In this document: positions 1 through 13,009 of the stretch, one piece after another
How positions within the stretch are numbered: position 1 is the first letter of the stretch
How the letters are laid out: every line of letters starts with the position of its first letter
Assembly: GCF_006345805.1 (NCBI RefSeq)
Contig: NC_043002.1
Span: forward strand, 82,646,001 to 82,710,000
Reading direction: 5' to 3'
Length of the DNA stretch: 64,000 bases
DNA from: Octopus sinensis
Lineage: Eukaryota
The notes under the pieces: model-generated
Databases searched by the model: none
The model's input: the letters and a program-made list of their open reading frames with translations, nothing else
What the model was told of the DNA's origin: nothing
Translations under genes and position numbers: made by a program

Positions 1-1514
1 TCAAGTAGAGACCATTGTTACGTAGATATTTTAGGGTGAATTGTTTGGTGCTATGCCAAATTTTCTTTATTTTCTTATAAATCTTCCATTTGATGCTGCA
101 ATTGGAAGAGTTCTCTTTTAGTTGCCAAGTGTAGCCGGCTATTCTAATTTCAATGTATTTTAAAGCTGAAGTATAGTTGTATCACATCTGCTTTAACTTC
201 CTCCATTTTTGCCTTTATATCGTTTACATGAAATGGCTTGCGAAAATTTTTAGTGGGCATGCGTTGGTATTTCTGAATGAGCATATGGCTTTACTTTTGT
301 TGCTGGTGCATGTGATACCATGTTTTGAATATTTGTAATAGAACTTGATATTTTAATCAAGATTAATTAGCTTAATTTATGTGGGGGACAGGAGGCGTGG
401 AGGTCTCTGCCCACCGACGCTTCTAGGCATGACACATGAAGAAGGAGCTGGGGAAGAAGGGGTGAAGAAGGAGAAGGAAGAAGAAGAAGAAGAAGAAGAA
501 GAAGTCGACGACGACGACGATGATGATGATGATGATGATTACATCTGTTAAATAGTTTTCAATAATAGGATTGGTTGAGATGTGTTTATATTCTAAGGTT
601 AGAAATGTTTTTAGAATATTCGCTCTAACAAGTGTGCGTAAACCGTTTGGTAATATAGAGCCATTTGTTACTTTCGGGGACGAAGTTAGGGAATTAAATT
701 TCTTTTGCCTAAGAATAACAGGGGAACAAGAATTACAGAATTAACTTCATAAGCTTACGGCTGTTTCTGCTTTAAGAAGCAGTACACTCAGGGCTGAGTG
801 CATATGCATATAACTTCTCGAAGCTATACGTACATGTAAGCGAAATCTTAATGTGTGTGTGTGTGTGTGTGTGTTACACACATAAGCGACCGAAAGTGTA
901 TAAGCAACCGAAAGTTCAACTCTTCTGCTGAACGGAACAGCAGTGCATCTCAGGGTTTAACACCCACCTGCTGCCCGTCCTCAATTTCATTTGAGGCTAT
1001 TGAAGTAACATGAAATGCTTTGTTCAAGAACACAACGCACTGCCCGGTCTGAGAATCGAAACAATTGAGAGTCCAATTCCCTAACCACTCGGCCACGCAC
1101 CTTTCCAGGTGTTGTGTATGTGTATTTCAGGATTTCTTACCAATAGAGAAAGAGCCGGTTTCTAACCTAGATCCAAGGCTCCTTCGTTGAAATTTGAACA
1201 TCAACAGGACAGTTTTTCAAGCTTGTATGTATACGTGAAGTATTTGGAGTCAGTGTATGAGCAGATTTGTATGTTTTGTTTTATATATTCTCTTACATAT
1301 AGTTACAAGTCTAGACATTCGCATATACACTTAAATGATAAACTCCTGGAAAGTTTTACAAAATTTTACAGTTCTAGTGATGGCTCACATCAGTAGTCAT
1401 CGGATCAACTTTCTCCTTTCTGGTTTTGAGAAACTTAATTTCTAAAGATTGGTGCTTAGACAGTGTGTTACGTATCCCAGTGTGCCAATAGTTACAGGCA
1501 TAAACCTGAACATG

Positions 1515-1545
<31 letters not shown>

Positions 1546-1609
1546 TGTAACTAAGTGTGTATCGTTGGCTATTTTTTTCCTCTCTCCTCCCTTTCTTGGA
1601 CTTACCTAT

Positions 1610-1644
1610 ATTTCTGATGAAGAGCTTTGCTCGAAACGTGAAAT
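1610..1644 (+). ncRNA. Minimal hammerhead motif with non-cleavable GUG triplet (probable relic)
   Basis: ATTT-CTGATGA-A-GAGC-TTT-GCTC-GAAAC-GTG-AAAT. Confidence 0.55.
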
Positions 1645-1854
1645 CCTTTCTTGTCTTTCCTTTCCTGAGCGCCTGATAACACAGTACTTGTACCACGTCC
1701 TCGTGTTATTGTTTTTTTCTTGTTTGTTCTTCCTTGTTTGGATTCACTATGTATGTATGTATGTATGTATGTATGTATGTATGTATGTATGTATGTATGT
1801 ATGTATGTATGCATGTATGTATGTATGTATGTATGTATGTATGTATGTATGTAT

Positions 1855-2468
1855 ACAAGAAGGCATAGCTATTGATCGTAGCAGGTGGAGAAGGATTGTG
1901 CACGAGGGGACAGCTACTTTTGAGAAATCTCGAGTTGCGCATGAGAAAGTAAAGAGGGATGTCAGGAAGAGCATCGCTGTTACACTTCCAGATGGGAAGG
2001 GTCTTCCTATGATGCTGACATGCAGTATCTGTGCAAGACCCTGCCTCAGTAAAGCTGGACTCAAGAGTCATCTTCGTAGTCATAAAGCGAGACAGATGAG
2101 TGACAACCTGGCCACTGGTGGTGGTGTTACACACCATACTAATCATATCTGTCAGGCATGTGGAAGAGAGTGTAATTCGGCAGGAGGACTTAAACGACAT
2201 GCAAAGGTACATGAAGCCCAGTTACAACTACAGCCGGCTATTACCGGTAAAGGTTTTAGCTGCCAATTCTGTACAAGACATTGTAGATCTTTAGCTGGGC
2301 TAAAAAGTCACATTCGATCACAGCACCAATAACAGTTAAGCTTCGTGCAATGGCCATACTCGATAACGAGGGGACAGCCATCATGTATGTGTGTATGTAT
2401 GTATGTATGTGTATGTATGTATGTATGTATGTATGTATGTATGTATGTATGTATGTATGTATGTATGT
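1855..2468 (+). mobile_element. 3' fragment of an RTE-clade non-LTR retrotransposon: C-terminal helix + three C2H2 zinc fingers, 3' UTR and (TATG)n tail
   Basis: DRSRWRRIVHEG...FE motif, then CSICARPCLSKAGLKSHLRSH, CQACGRECNSAGGLKRHAKVH and CQFCTRHCRSLAGLKSHIRSQH; stop at 2332. The same 3' end occurs inverted at ~8523-8575. Confidence 0.75.
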
Positions 2469-2994
2469 GCAGATTGTTTGAAATGGTGCACAGAAAAAGG
2501 AGGTGGTCAGGGTTTGAATAAGAACCATTTGTTTATTGCTTTTGTCCTTGTGAGAGATTCGTCATGAAAGATTTCTGATAGAAGATGCTTACCTTTTATA
2601 TATGTGTGAGTTGTGGGAAAAATCTGGAGCTGACTCTGATTTCTTGGGTTTTGGAAAGAGGGCACCCCAAGAAACCAAAGTCAACTCCAGATTTTTTCCC
2701 CCAACTAACTCACATGTACATAAAAGGTACATATATTCTATAAAAGAAGTCATTCATGGTGAATCCCTGAAAAAGGCAAAAGCGCTAAATAGTTTTCGAG
2801 TATACTGTTATTAAACAAGAATATTATTGATAGTGACTTCGAAGTTTCGGCCAGCCAAACCAGTGATGGTCTTCTAAGCCACAGTTCGATGATGGCTTAG
2901 CTGGTCGAAACTTCGAAGTCGTTGTCATTAGTGTTCTTGTTTAAGAATGATAAATTTGTATTCTACCAGTGTATAGAAGTAACCCTTCAGATTA

Positions 2995-3238
2995 CAGTAA
3001 TCCCTCGACTACCGCGGGTGTTACGTTCCAAACCATCACCACCACCCGCCATAGGTAAAAATACATGAAGTAGAAACTGTACTGTATTTTTTTTTTATAA
3101 TTTGTATATATTTATTTTATTATAAATGTAAAAGAACACCACGGAGGAATCGACGCAAGCTTAAGTAATAAACCACGATAGGTGAACCGCGATAGGTGAA
3201 CAGCGATAGGTGAACCGCAATATGGCGACGGATTACTG
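2995..3238. mobile_element. Tigger/pogo-like MITE
   Basis: Imperfect TIRs CAGTAATCCCTCG / CAGTAATCCGTCG and TA at the 5' flank. Internal 14-bp tandem GATAGGTGAACCGC x3. Confidence 0.6.
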
Positions 3239-6205
3239 TGTTGGAAAATTGCTTTTTTTTTTTTATAAGTAAGCCGAAAAACAAACTTTAATCTATATCA
3301 GGGTGGCGAACTGGCAGAATCATTGTTAAGTCGGGTAAAATCCTTAGCGTTTCTCCTATATTAGCGATCTGAGTTCAAATTCCACCTTGCCTTTCATCCT
3401 TTCGGGGTTTCGATACACTACTAACAGTTGAAGACTTGAGTCGATGTAATCGACTTACTCTCTCGCACCAAATCGCTGGCCTTGTGCTAAAATTTTGGAA
3501 ACCAATATTTGCTGTATGTTGTGCTATTGGCTTTATGTTGTGCTGCGTGTTTACTTATTTGTGTGCTGTGTGTAATATAGTTGCATTTCTTATTCGTACT
3601 AAGTGTGAGGCCTATTGTATGTATGTCTACGTAATATATTTGTAGAACCTAGCAATACTATTGTCCGTACGGGATGTTATATGTGTAAGGACCCTATGAA
3701 ACATACGAGTGGTATTTTTTCTGCTTTAGAGCGATGGATTATCGTTAAGGCATCGATAAAAATGCAGTTTTTAATCTAGCTCTTTACGTTCTGAATTCAA
3801 ATTCCGCCCAAATCAAGTTCGTCTTTCATCCCTCTGTGGTCGATAATATATCTTACCAATGTGGTTCTGTGTCGAATGGTATCGAATGATTCTCTTCCCC
3901 TGTGAATTGCTGACCTTTCGTCTAAATCAGAAACAATATCATATTTGCTCTGCCATCGGTACAATTGTTTGGACGTGATGTACATAGGTTCGGATGTGGG
4001 GTGTATATCTAGGTTCGGATGTACTTTACGTAATGTGTATACAATACCTTATTGTACTACTTCCTGTATATTGTGTATGTTAGATGTAAATCCTGGCGTT
4101 TTACTTACCTATTTATTCGTATCTGTTGTTAATCATTCCCAAGACACCTTCTCTATTCTGTGGCTCGTTTCTACAGCCAAGCCACACATTCTCGTCATCT
4201 CCGTTTCCTGTTGTTTACATCTGAATAGTTTACTCATTTCTCCATTTCCTATTTTCTATTTACTTTTGACTTTTTACTTAGTTTATGCTGTTGCTTTTTC
4301 TCCCCCCCCCCCTTCTCATCGCGACTTCTCCTTTCCTCAGCAGCTCTTAAGACACAAGCGCTGAACTCTCTGAAAACTGAAAACAATTTCTACTTTATAC
4401 GTTTGGTTATGTTTCATGTTTTGTTGCTCTATGCATTGTTTATCTTTATTGTCTGTAAAAGCATGTGGCCTAGAGTTTAATGCGTTCGGCTCACATTATC
4501 AAGATAGAACGTTCGGTTCCTGGGTCGTGCAGCGCTTTGTATTATCAATATCATGTTGCTCAACTGAAATGAGTACCGTTAGGATGTTGGCGTTACCCTA
4601 CTTCCCTCCAGCTGCAACACCCAGCATCTACTACAGAGTCAAAGAGGAGGGATGAGTCCAAGAGGTGTCTGTATCTACTCATGACCACACGGTCACCTAC
4701 AATAATTAACGAGAGCATCGTACATTTTAACAAGCCATACTCGCTAGGTACTAACGGATGACTGTATTTATACTTCATTGTTTACGGGATATTTTTGTGG
4801 TCCCACGCCAGAAACTTTATAATTTTTTGGTCAAAGAAGATCCCTACCTCCATTTTCCCGTCATGAATATTTTATTTTCGGAATGAATTTCAGATAAAAC
4901 ATTATAGCTTTTGTTTTCCTACAACCACGTCCTAATTTGTTTAACTACATATTAGAGATCCAGGCGTGGCTGTGTGGTTTAAGACTTTACTTCCCAATCA
5001 CATAATTTCGAGATCAGCTCCATGGCGCGGCATCTTGGACATGTGTCTTGTACTATAGCCTCAAACTAACCAATGCCTTGTGAGGAGATTTGGTTGATAG
5101 AAACTGAAAGGCAGAAACGTTTGCATGCCGGGCGAGATGCTTAGCGGTATTTCGTCTGCCCTTACGTTCTGATTTCAAATTCCGCCGAGGTCGACTTTGC
5201 CTTTCATCCTTTCGAGGTCAATAAATTACGTACCAGTTACGCGATGGGGTCAATGTAATCGACTTAATCCATTTGTCTGTCCTTGTTTGTCTCCTCTATG
5301 TTTAGCCCCTTGTGGATAATAAAGAAATAAGAAACTGAAAGAAGCTTGTCTTACATATGTGGGTGTACGTGCGGGGTATGCATGTGTGTGTATGTATGTA
5401 TGGATGTGTGTGTGGATGTGTGTGTGTGTGAATGTGTGTGTCTCGTCTTGGTATGACGTGATATTTAGAAAGAGGTGTCACTTTCATTCAAACGGTGTCC
5501 TTCATTTACAATCTTCTTCATAAACATGCCTGGTCGTGGGCAAATATTACGTTGCTTGGAAACAGATTACGGTTGGTGACAGGAAGGGCATCCGGTCGTA
5601 GAAAATCTCCTCAATAAATTCCGTCTGACCCATGCAAGCATGGAAAAATGGATGTAAAACGACAGCGATAACGACGTCGGCGATGAATACGATGACGATG
5701 ATGACGGCGATGGAGACAACGACAACGACGACGACGACAACGATGATGATAATGATGATGATGATGATGACTTATTACTTGATCATTTAGACAATCCTGA
5801 AATCGCTCATCACAAAATAAACAAATAGCAGAAGATACTTTGCGACGTCGAAATCATGAAAGCCTCCACGGTTGACTGATCTCGGGATTTGGGCGTCGAG
5901 GCTCGAAACTAACACCACAAGGTACTTAACCATACTCTCTAACGATTCGAGTAATTCACCGCTTTGTTATTCACACTGACACGAGAAATAGATCGGGCGG
6001 CCGGTTGACGTAGTATAAAAATGTAAGCACACAGGTTCAATCCCTGCCTATACACAATTCACTTACATTACAAATATTGTTGATAAATAAAACGTCATGA
6101 ACATCACAACACCTCGTTTATTTTTATTTGATGCTTGTAATTTACTTTGGTATTTTTGTAAATAAGATGAAATAATAATGTTTTTCTCAATTTCTTTCTC
6201 TACAG

Positions 6206-6340
6206 GTGCCTTCTTGGTTCCCTACTTCCTCATGCTTCTCTTTCTGGGTTTACCAATGTTCTACATGGAACTTTGTCTGGGACAATTCCATCGTTGTGGA
6301 CCGTTTAAAATATGGCGGAAAGTCTGTCCCATTTTTTATG
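6206..6340 (+). CDS. SLC6A4: SLC6 serotonin-transporter-like gene, TM2/IL1 exon ([46 protein letters not shown])
   Basis: Polypyrimidine tract + TACAG acceptor and GTAAGA donor. 135 bp, phase 1/1, matching the human SERT exon size as I recall it. GQFHRCG matches the invertebrate SERT motif. Confidence 0.92.
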
Positions 6341-6698
6341 GTAAGATATTTTATTTCAGTCCATATAAACATTACCATTTAGGAGGCAAAGAAATGAAAA
6401 CCTCTAAATGGCGGTTCCACTTGCCGGAAAGTGCAACCAAATCTACCAAGAATCACATCCGCAACACCTGTCCACATTTTGTCTTATTTCCTACACAATT
6501 AAACTTTTTCTTCGTCTTTTTCTTTCTCCGTCATTTTCCTTCTTCATCATCTTCTTCTTTTGATGATGATGGTGATGGCGAGGAGGAGGAGGAGGAGGGG
6601 GAGGATAATGATGATGATGGTGATGATGAGGAGGAGGGAGAGGAGGGGGAGAGATGGGAGGAGGGGGAGGAAGATAATGATGTTGATGATGGTGATGA

Positions 6699-6732
<34 letters not shown>

Positions 6733-6948
6733 GGTGGTGGCGGTGGTGGCGGTGGTGGTGGCGGTGGTGGTGGCGGTGGTGGTTTGAAATTTTGGTAAAA
6801 GACCATCAATTTCGGAGATTGGGTGAGTCGATTACCTCAACAGGATTGGAAGGCAAAGTCAACCTCGGCAGAATTCGAACTCAGAATGTAAGGACGAACG
6901 AAATCCCGCTAAGCATTTTGGCCGGTGTGCTTATGATTCTGACAGTGC

Positions 6949-6991
<43 letters not shown>

Positions 6992-7046
6992 TAATAATAA
7001 TGAGAAGAAGAAGAAGAAGAAGAAGAAGAAGAAGAAGAAGAAGAAT

Positions 7047-7101
<55 letters not shown>

Positions 7102-7109
7102 TTAAAAAT

Positions 7110-7169
<60 letters not shown>

Positions 7170-7177
7170 CATGATAA

Positions 7178-7452
7178 TGGGATTTTATGATTCAGTGCGA
7201 CCATGAGACAGAGAATAAGAAGCCATCTTAATTGAGAAAGAAAACAAACTCTGCTGGATCATAGATATAGAATGCCCAGCTGACAAGGTATGCGACAAGG
7301 AAGAAAGAATATTCGATAGATATAACAGGTTAACTTGGGAAGTTAAGCAGTTGTCGTCGATGAAAAAGGTAGCAGTAGTAGCAATAATTGTCGGAGCTCT
7401 GGGAACAGTGAGCAAAAATCTTGAGAAGTACGTGGAACAAATAGGGGCTGCA
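7178..7452 (+). mobile_element. R4/Dong-like non-LTR retrotransposon, restriction-like endonuclease fragment
   Basis: WDFMIQCDHETENKKP / LIEKENKLCWIIDIECP...VAIIVGALGTVSKNLEKY with one frameshift. Lies directly 3' of a long (TAA)n tract. Confidence 0.75.
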
Positions 7453-7718
7453 ATAATATCATTGAAGCTTTTGCTTTTAAAATAAAAAAATGTTATTTAG
7501 ATCTAAAGTTGCTACGAACTTTGATATAAACTTTTTTCTCCTGGACCAAATCTCAATTTTTTTAAATACCAAAACGTAAGTAGGGACTAGTCCTCCTCAA
7601 AAATGTTAACAGTTTTCAATTCAGTTAAGAACTGAATTCACGACAACCTCTGAAAGACGCTGCGTATGAGTAAATTGTGGCCTTAAGAATATTGTTCAAA
7701 TACCACCGTGGTTGAATG

Positions 7719-7753
<35 letters not shown>

Positions 7754-8052
7754 CTAGCAGTATCGCCCGGCGTTGCTCGGGTTTGTAAGGGAAATAACTA
7801 TATAAGCATTTTTAGAGAGTTACTTCCCTTATATAAAACCGAGTAAAAAATGCATTAAAAAAACGAAAAAATTATGGTAATTTTTTTTTTAAATCGTAGA
7901 CGCGCGCTAATACCCAGAAGGGCTCGATATGAATCACAACTATAAGATACCTGCTTTTGGTTAAACTGCACCGCAAAATGTGGGAGTAGTTAGGAATCTA
8001 AATCGGAGTAGACAGACTCTCACACACACAACTTAAGTTTTATATATAAAGA
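7754..8052 (-). mobile_element. Non-autonomous Helitron-like element
   Basis: Minus strand has 5' TC, a GC-rich hairpin (CCCGAGCAACGCCGGG) and 3' CTAG. Second copy at 55532-55923. Confidence 0.65.
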
Positions 8053-8114
8053 TATACATACATACATCCATACATACTTACATAAATACATACATGCATA
8101 CATACATACATACA

Positions 8115-8145
<31 letters not shown>

Positions 8146-11100
8146 GCGTGTATTTGTGTCTGTGCTTGTCCCCACCACCGTTAGTCAACCAGAGTTGGTA
8201 TGTTTATGTCCTCGTATACTAGCAGTTCGGCAAAAGTGACCGGCAGAATAAGTACCGTACTTGAATAAAAATAAGTACTGGGATTAATTCACTCGACTAA
8301 AAAGTCTTTAAGCAGTGTTCGAGCACTGAAACAAGTAAAAGGTAAAAGATATACGCAGACATTCATGCACATACACATACACACACATAGACATACACAA
8401 ATACATATATACATACATAATGGATTCTACCATCGTTAGACGACGTATGAGGGTTCGACAATTTCTTACCGAACAACCACACATACATACATACATACAT
8501 ACATACATACATACATACATACATGGTGGCTGTCCCCTCGTTATCAAGTATGGCCATTGCACGAAGCTTAATCAATGTTGTTATTGTGCAATGCCTGTGC
8601 AAGAAAATTTTTTTTAAAGTGAGGAAAGGCAGTGCACTGAGTCAATCCCACTCACTAAGCAACAGCAGCCATAATCCGAAAAGAAGAACAAGTCAACATC
8701 ATCGGTAACCACTGAGCCGCAGGTTTTATGTCGGAGTTATCCCAGTTACCTGAATTACCATCTCCTAGAAGGATGCCCTAACAAAGGCTAGGAGTCCTTC
8801 ACTCCCAACGGTTTAACCGCGCGATCGGGTATTCATTCCGATTATTTCTATGTCCCCGCGCATGATACAGCCTTAAGACATTTATTGGATGGCCGTTGAC
8901 TTTCAAGAGTTCCTCCGCCCTTTGACGGGTTTTGTTTTTCATCCCGCAGGGTGTTCAATAAATACCCTCCTCACCAAGCAAGCTTGGTGGGGTTGCCGGT
9001 TTAGTCGCCGACGACCCGACCATGCAATAGGTTGTACTGGGTTACATGTTACCAGTAGCACTCAAAAGTGACCTGACATACATACATACATACATACATA
9101 CATACATACATACATACATACATACATACATACATACATACATACAACTGCGTACAGTTGTGGGAATCAGCTGCCTAGCGGATGTTTACATAAAGCTGAA
9201 GGTCGGTGAAAAAGAGAACAACTATGTTGAACTATAGAGAAATCTGCAGGTACTCTATCCGGATTACAAGTTCAGGTTCTTCTAATAGCGAATGACGTCA
9301 TAAGTGGTTATGTATTTCTTGAGGCCCTGAGATATGTAACACACTGCCTAAATACCAATCTTGAGAAATTAGGCTTCTCAAAACCAGGAAGGAGAAAGCT
9401 GATTCGAAGACTATAGATCCAATCCATCACTGGAACTGTAAAAATATGTAAGACTTTCCAGAAGTTTATCATTTAAATATATATGAGCATGTCTAGATAT
9501 GTAATGCATGCATACATACATACATACATACATACATACATACATACATACATACATACCCTGTTGTTGATGTTGAAATTCCAGTGAAGGAGCCTTGTAT
9601 CTAGGTTAGAAACCGGTTCTGTCTCTATCGGCAAGACATCTTGAAATAAACTGAATAATGACATACATACATACATAGACCGGTTTAGTCCTTACTGATT
9701 TGAAATGGCTGTAGGCGAGGAAGAAGCATAAAATGAAAATTTGTGAAGTTCATTGTTTATTCAGGGTAAACGAAATGACTTGGTTTAAGCAACGACTGAA
9801 ATGACATCACACTGAGAGCTTACCCCTTGCTATGCCGCAAATGAAATTAGTGTGGTAAAGTAACTATTTCCATATCTCATGCAGAGAACGAAATAGGCAT
9901 AACTCTACGATGACAAAAAAATAAGACTATATTAGTCAATGAATATATCAATAATATAATTTTTTTTTTGTATCTCGGGAGGGTCATTGTGCCAATAATA
10001 AGCACACGCACTGGTTTTATTTCACTTTATTTTTATTCGTTAATTGTCTATTTAACGAGTTAACTATTCAATTGTTTGATTAAACATTTGGTCAATCAAG
10101 TAATCGGGTTTATCAAAGTCCTTTCACCGCCACCCGTGACCTCCAGTACAGGAGTAGAGAGAGCATGTCATTGATGAGGTAGCGAATTACGACGAAAGGA
10201 CTTTGACAAATCTAGAATTGTTTTCACTTTGATGTGATTTAACGCGTCGTTTTTTAAGATGCACTTCGAAAGAGATTTGACTGCTATTTCTAGCACGTTT
10301 ATCAACCGCTTAGAAGTTCCTCTAGAAGTGATACCTGCGTAATGGGAGTGGTTATGACGTGTATGCGATGCTGGAAGTAGTGATATCATTTACACTGATG
10401 ATGATGATGATGACGACGACGACGACGACGATGATGATGATGACGACGACGACGACGACGACGACGACGATGATGATGATGATAGCGGTTGTGTTTATAT
10501 TTGTGGTGGTGGTGGTAACATGTTGTTTTCGTTGGTGATCGCTCCTCCATGTTCTTCTACAGCGAATGACGTCATAAGTGGTTATGTATTTCTTGGAATC
10601 AAAATCTGTTGCCATTTCTCACCAAACAGGAACCCAAACGAGGATTGACGGGGCAAGAATTAGTTTAGGGCGGGGCTGTGAAAAGGGTGGGAGAGGTGGG
10701 GGGTTGACATTAGACAGTAGGGACGAAGTTGGAGGAATGGGAGACAGTGTTAGGTGGTAGGATAAGTAGGTATAATGGAGGGTAAGGTAGAGGAAGGATG
10801 ACAGAGTAGAGAAATTATATGAAGAGGGGGAGGTGAGGCTGGAAGAATTAATAGTGCGTCGAACAAAATGTCGTGCGTTAATTGTCCAGGTTCTTTACGC
10901 TCTGAGTACAAATGCCGCCGATGTCAACTTTGCTTTTTGTCTTCGAGATTGATAAAATAAAGTACAAGTGTAACCCTTTTTTTGAGGTATCGGCTAATCC
11001 CCCTCCCCTCAAAATTGTGCGTTCTCTATCTACAGTAGAAGCACTTATGAGGGATTTTGTTGAAGCTCGGGAGGGTCATTATGCTACTGATAAACACATG

Positions 11101-11298
11101 TGCTGGTTCCATTTCACATCTCTTATTATTGGTCAATTCGTTAACATTTAACCAATTAAACTAATCGATCGATCGATCGATCAATCAATCAGGTTTATCA
11201 GAGTAACTTCGTCCCCATTTTCGACATCATCAGTGAGATACCCTCTCCACTTCAGATCCGCTTCTTAGAGAATTCTGTTGTTGTTGCTGTTGTTGTTG

Positions 11299-11330
<32 letters not shown>

Positions 11331-11504
11331 GGTGGTGGTGGTGGTGGTGGCGGCGGCTTTCCTGCTAATACTGCTGCTGTATAATTTAGGTAACTTAGAT
11401 TGGTTTCGGCCATTATCGGTCCAGGCCATGACGAAATCAATAGCACCACCTGGAAAAGACTTTTAATTATTTCGAGACACAATGGCTTACGTGCTGTTGG
11501 TGCT

Positions 11505-11561
<57 letters not shown>

Positions 11562-11948
11562 GGTGGTCTTGGTGGTGTTTCGCCCCATGTCTGTGCTGAT
11601 AGAAAAGTTCTATTATCAAAGCCCTCCCAGACAACCATCTTGCTGCGTGTGTGTTTGTGTATGCGTGTGTGATCTCAGACGTCTCAAATATGTCCTTCAG
11701 TTTTTTTTAAACAGTGGGGCGTGATTTAAGTCAGATTTGGTTGGCTACTCTTTCTAGCAGACCGTGTGACACTGTGGTGGTGAAAGAAGGGAGAAGGGGG
11801 TCCTTCCTCGCCTATCTTGTTATAGAATGGTGATCACGGTGTCTGGTGACAGGGATTAGAACCACGATTAAGAACAGGATTAAAGTATTAAGGCTGAAGC
11901 ATATTTCGGAAGTAAACAGATACTACTAGTGGAGGGGCTAGACGTCGT

Positions 11949-11992
<44 letters not shown>

Positions 11993-12771
11993 TAGTAGTA
12001 GGAGGAGGAGGAGGAGGACGACGACGACGACGACGACGAGGAGGAGTGTGTTTTTTTATATATTCGGATTCAGGACTGAAGAACTAAATCATTGTTGAAT
12101 AGAACATTCGAGATTATGTGGGGTAGTTAGGGTAGCCGGATACGAAGCGGGTGCGGGTGAGGATGTTGGGTAAATTCATAGCCAAGCTGAGGTGTTTCCA
12201 CCTTTCGCTCCAACTCAATGGAAACGATGTTGTTGTTTATCCTAAGCTCAGCCGTAATCCACTATCACAAACTTAGAAACCTTGGAATTTACCCGAGCAA
12301 ATTAAGAATATTCTCTTTGCTACATTACCTACCTTCACAACGAAATAAAGCAGCTCTTAGACATTTCATCGTGGAGAGGTCATCGATTATATTTAACTAT
12401 TTTAAATTTAATCATTTAAAATTAAAAGTTTTCAGCTCATTATCTTTGTAGAATCCTCGAATTTTATCCTTCTTTTATTAACCCTTCTTCATTTCTTGAC
12501 CTTCTCACAGTTTCTTCGACTCCTAGGAGTCTACACGTAGTCTCTTTATATACTCAGTGTCTACACAATGTGTCTATTTGTCCAGCAAATATCTATACAT
12601 TATTAATGATCCGGAAATACCATCACCACTGATCTGACCATCATGGCTGCAACAACAAATTGACCAATGAAACATTTAAGTATATGAATATAACATATAG
12701 AAGAATATTAAAAATATCTCTAAACTATACTGCTGTCATGTCGCGCCTTCCAGAAATTGTGACGTATGCAC

Positions 12772-12862
<91 letters not shown>

Positions 12863-12974
12863 ACATATATATACACACATACATTCATATATACATATAC
12901 ATATATATATATATATAGGCGCAAATAGTGGTTTTGTCTCAAATAATATTTTATATATATATATATTATATATA

Positions 12975-13009
<35 letters not shown>

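Noticed and set aside
6341-6798. Continuation of ORF 6178-6798 with acidic and Gly runs
   Set aside because: Read-through past a canonical GTAAGA donor into trinucleotide microsatellites.
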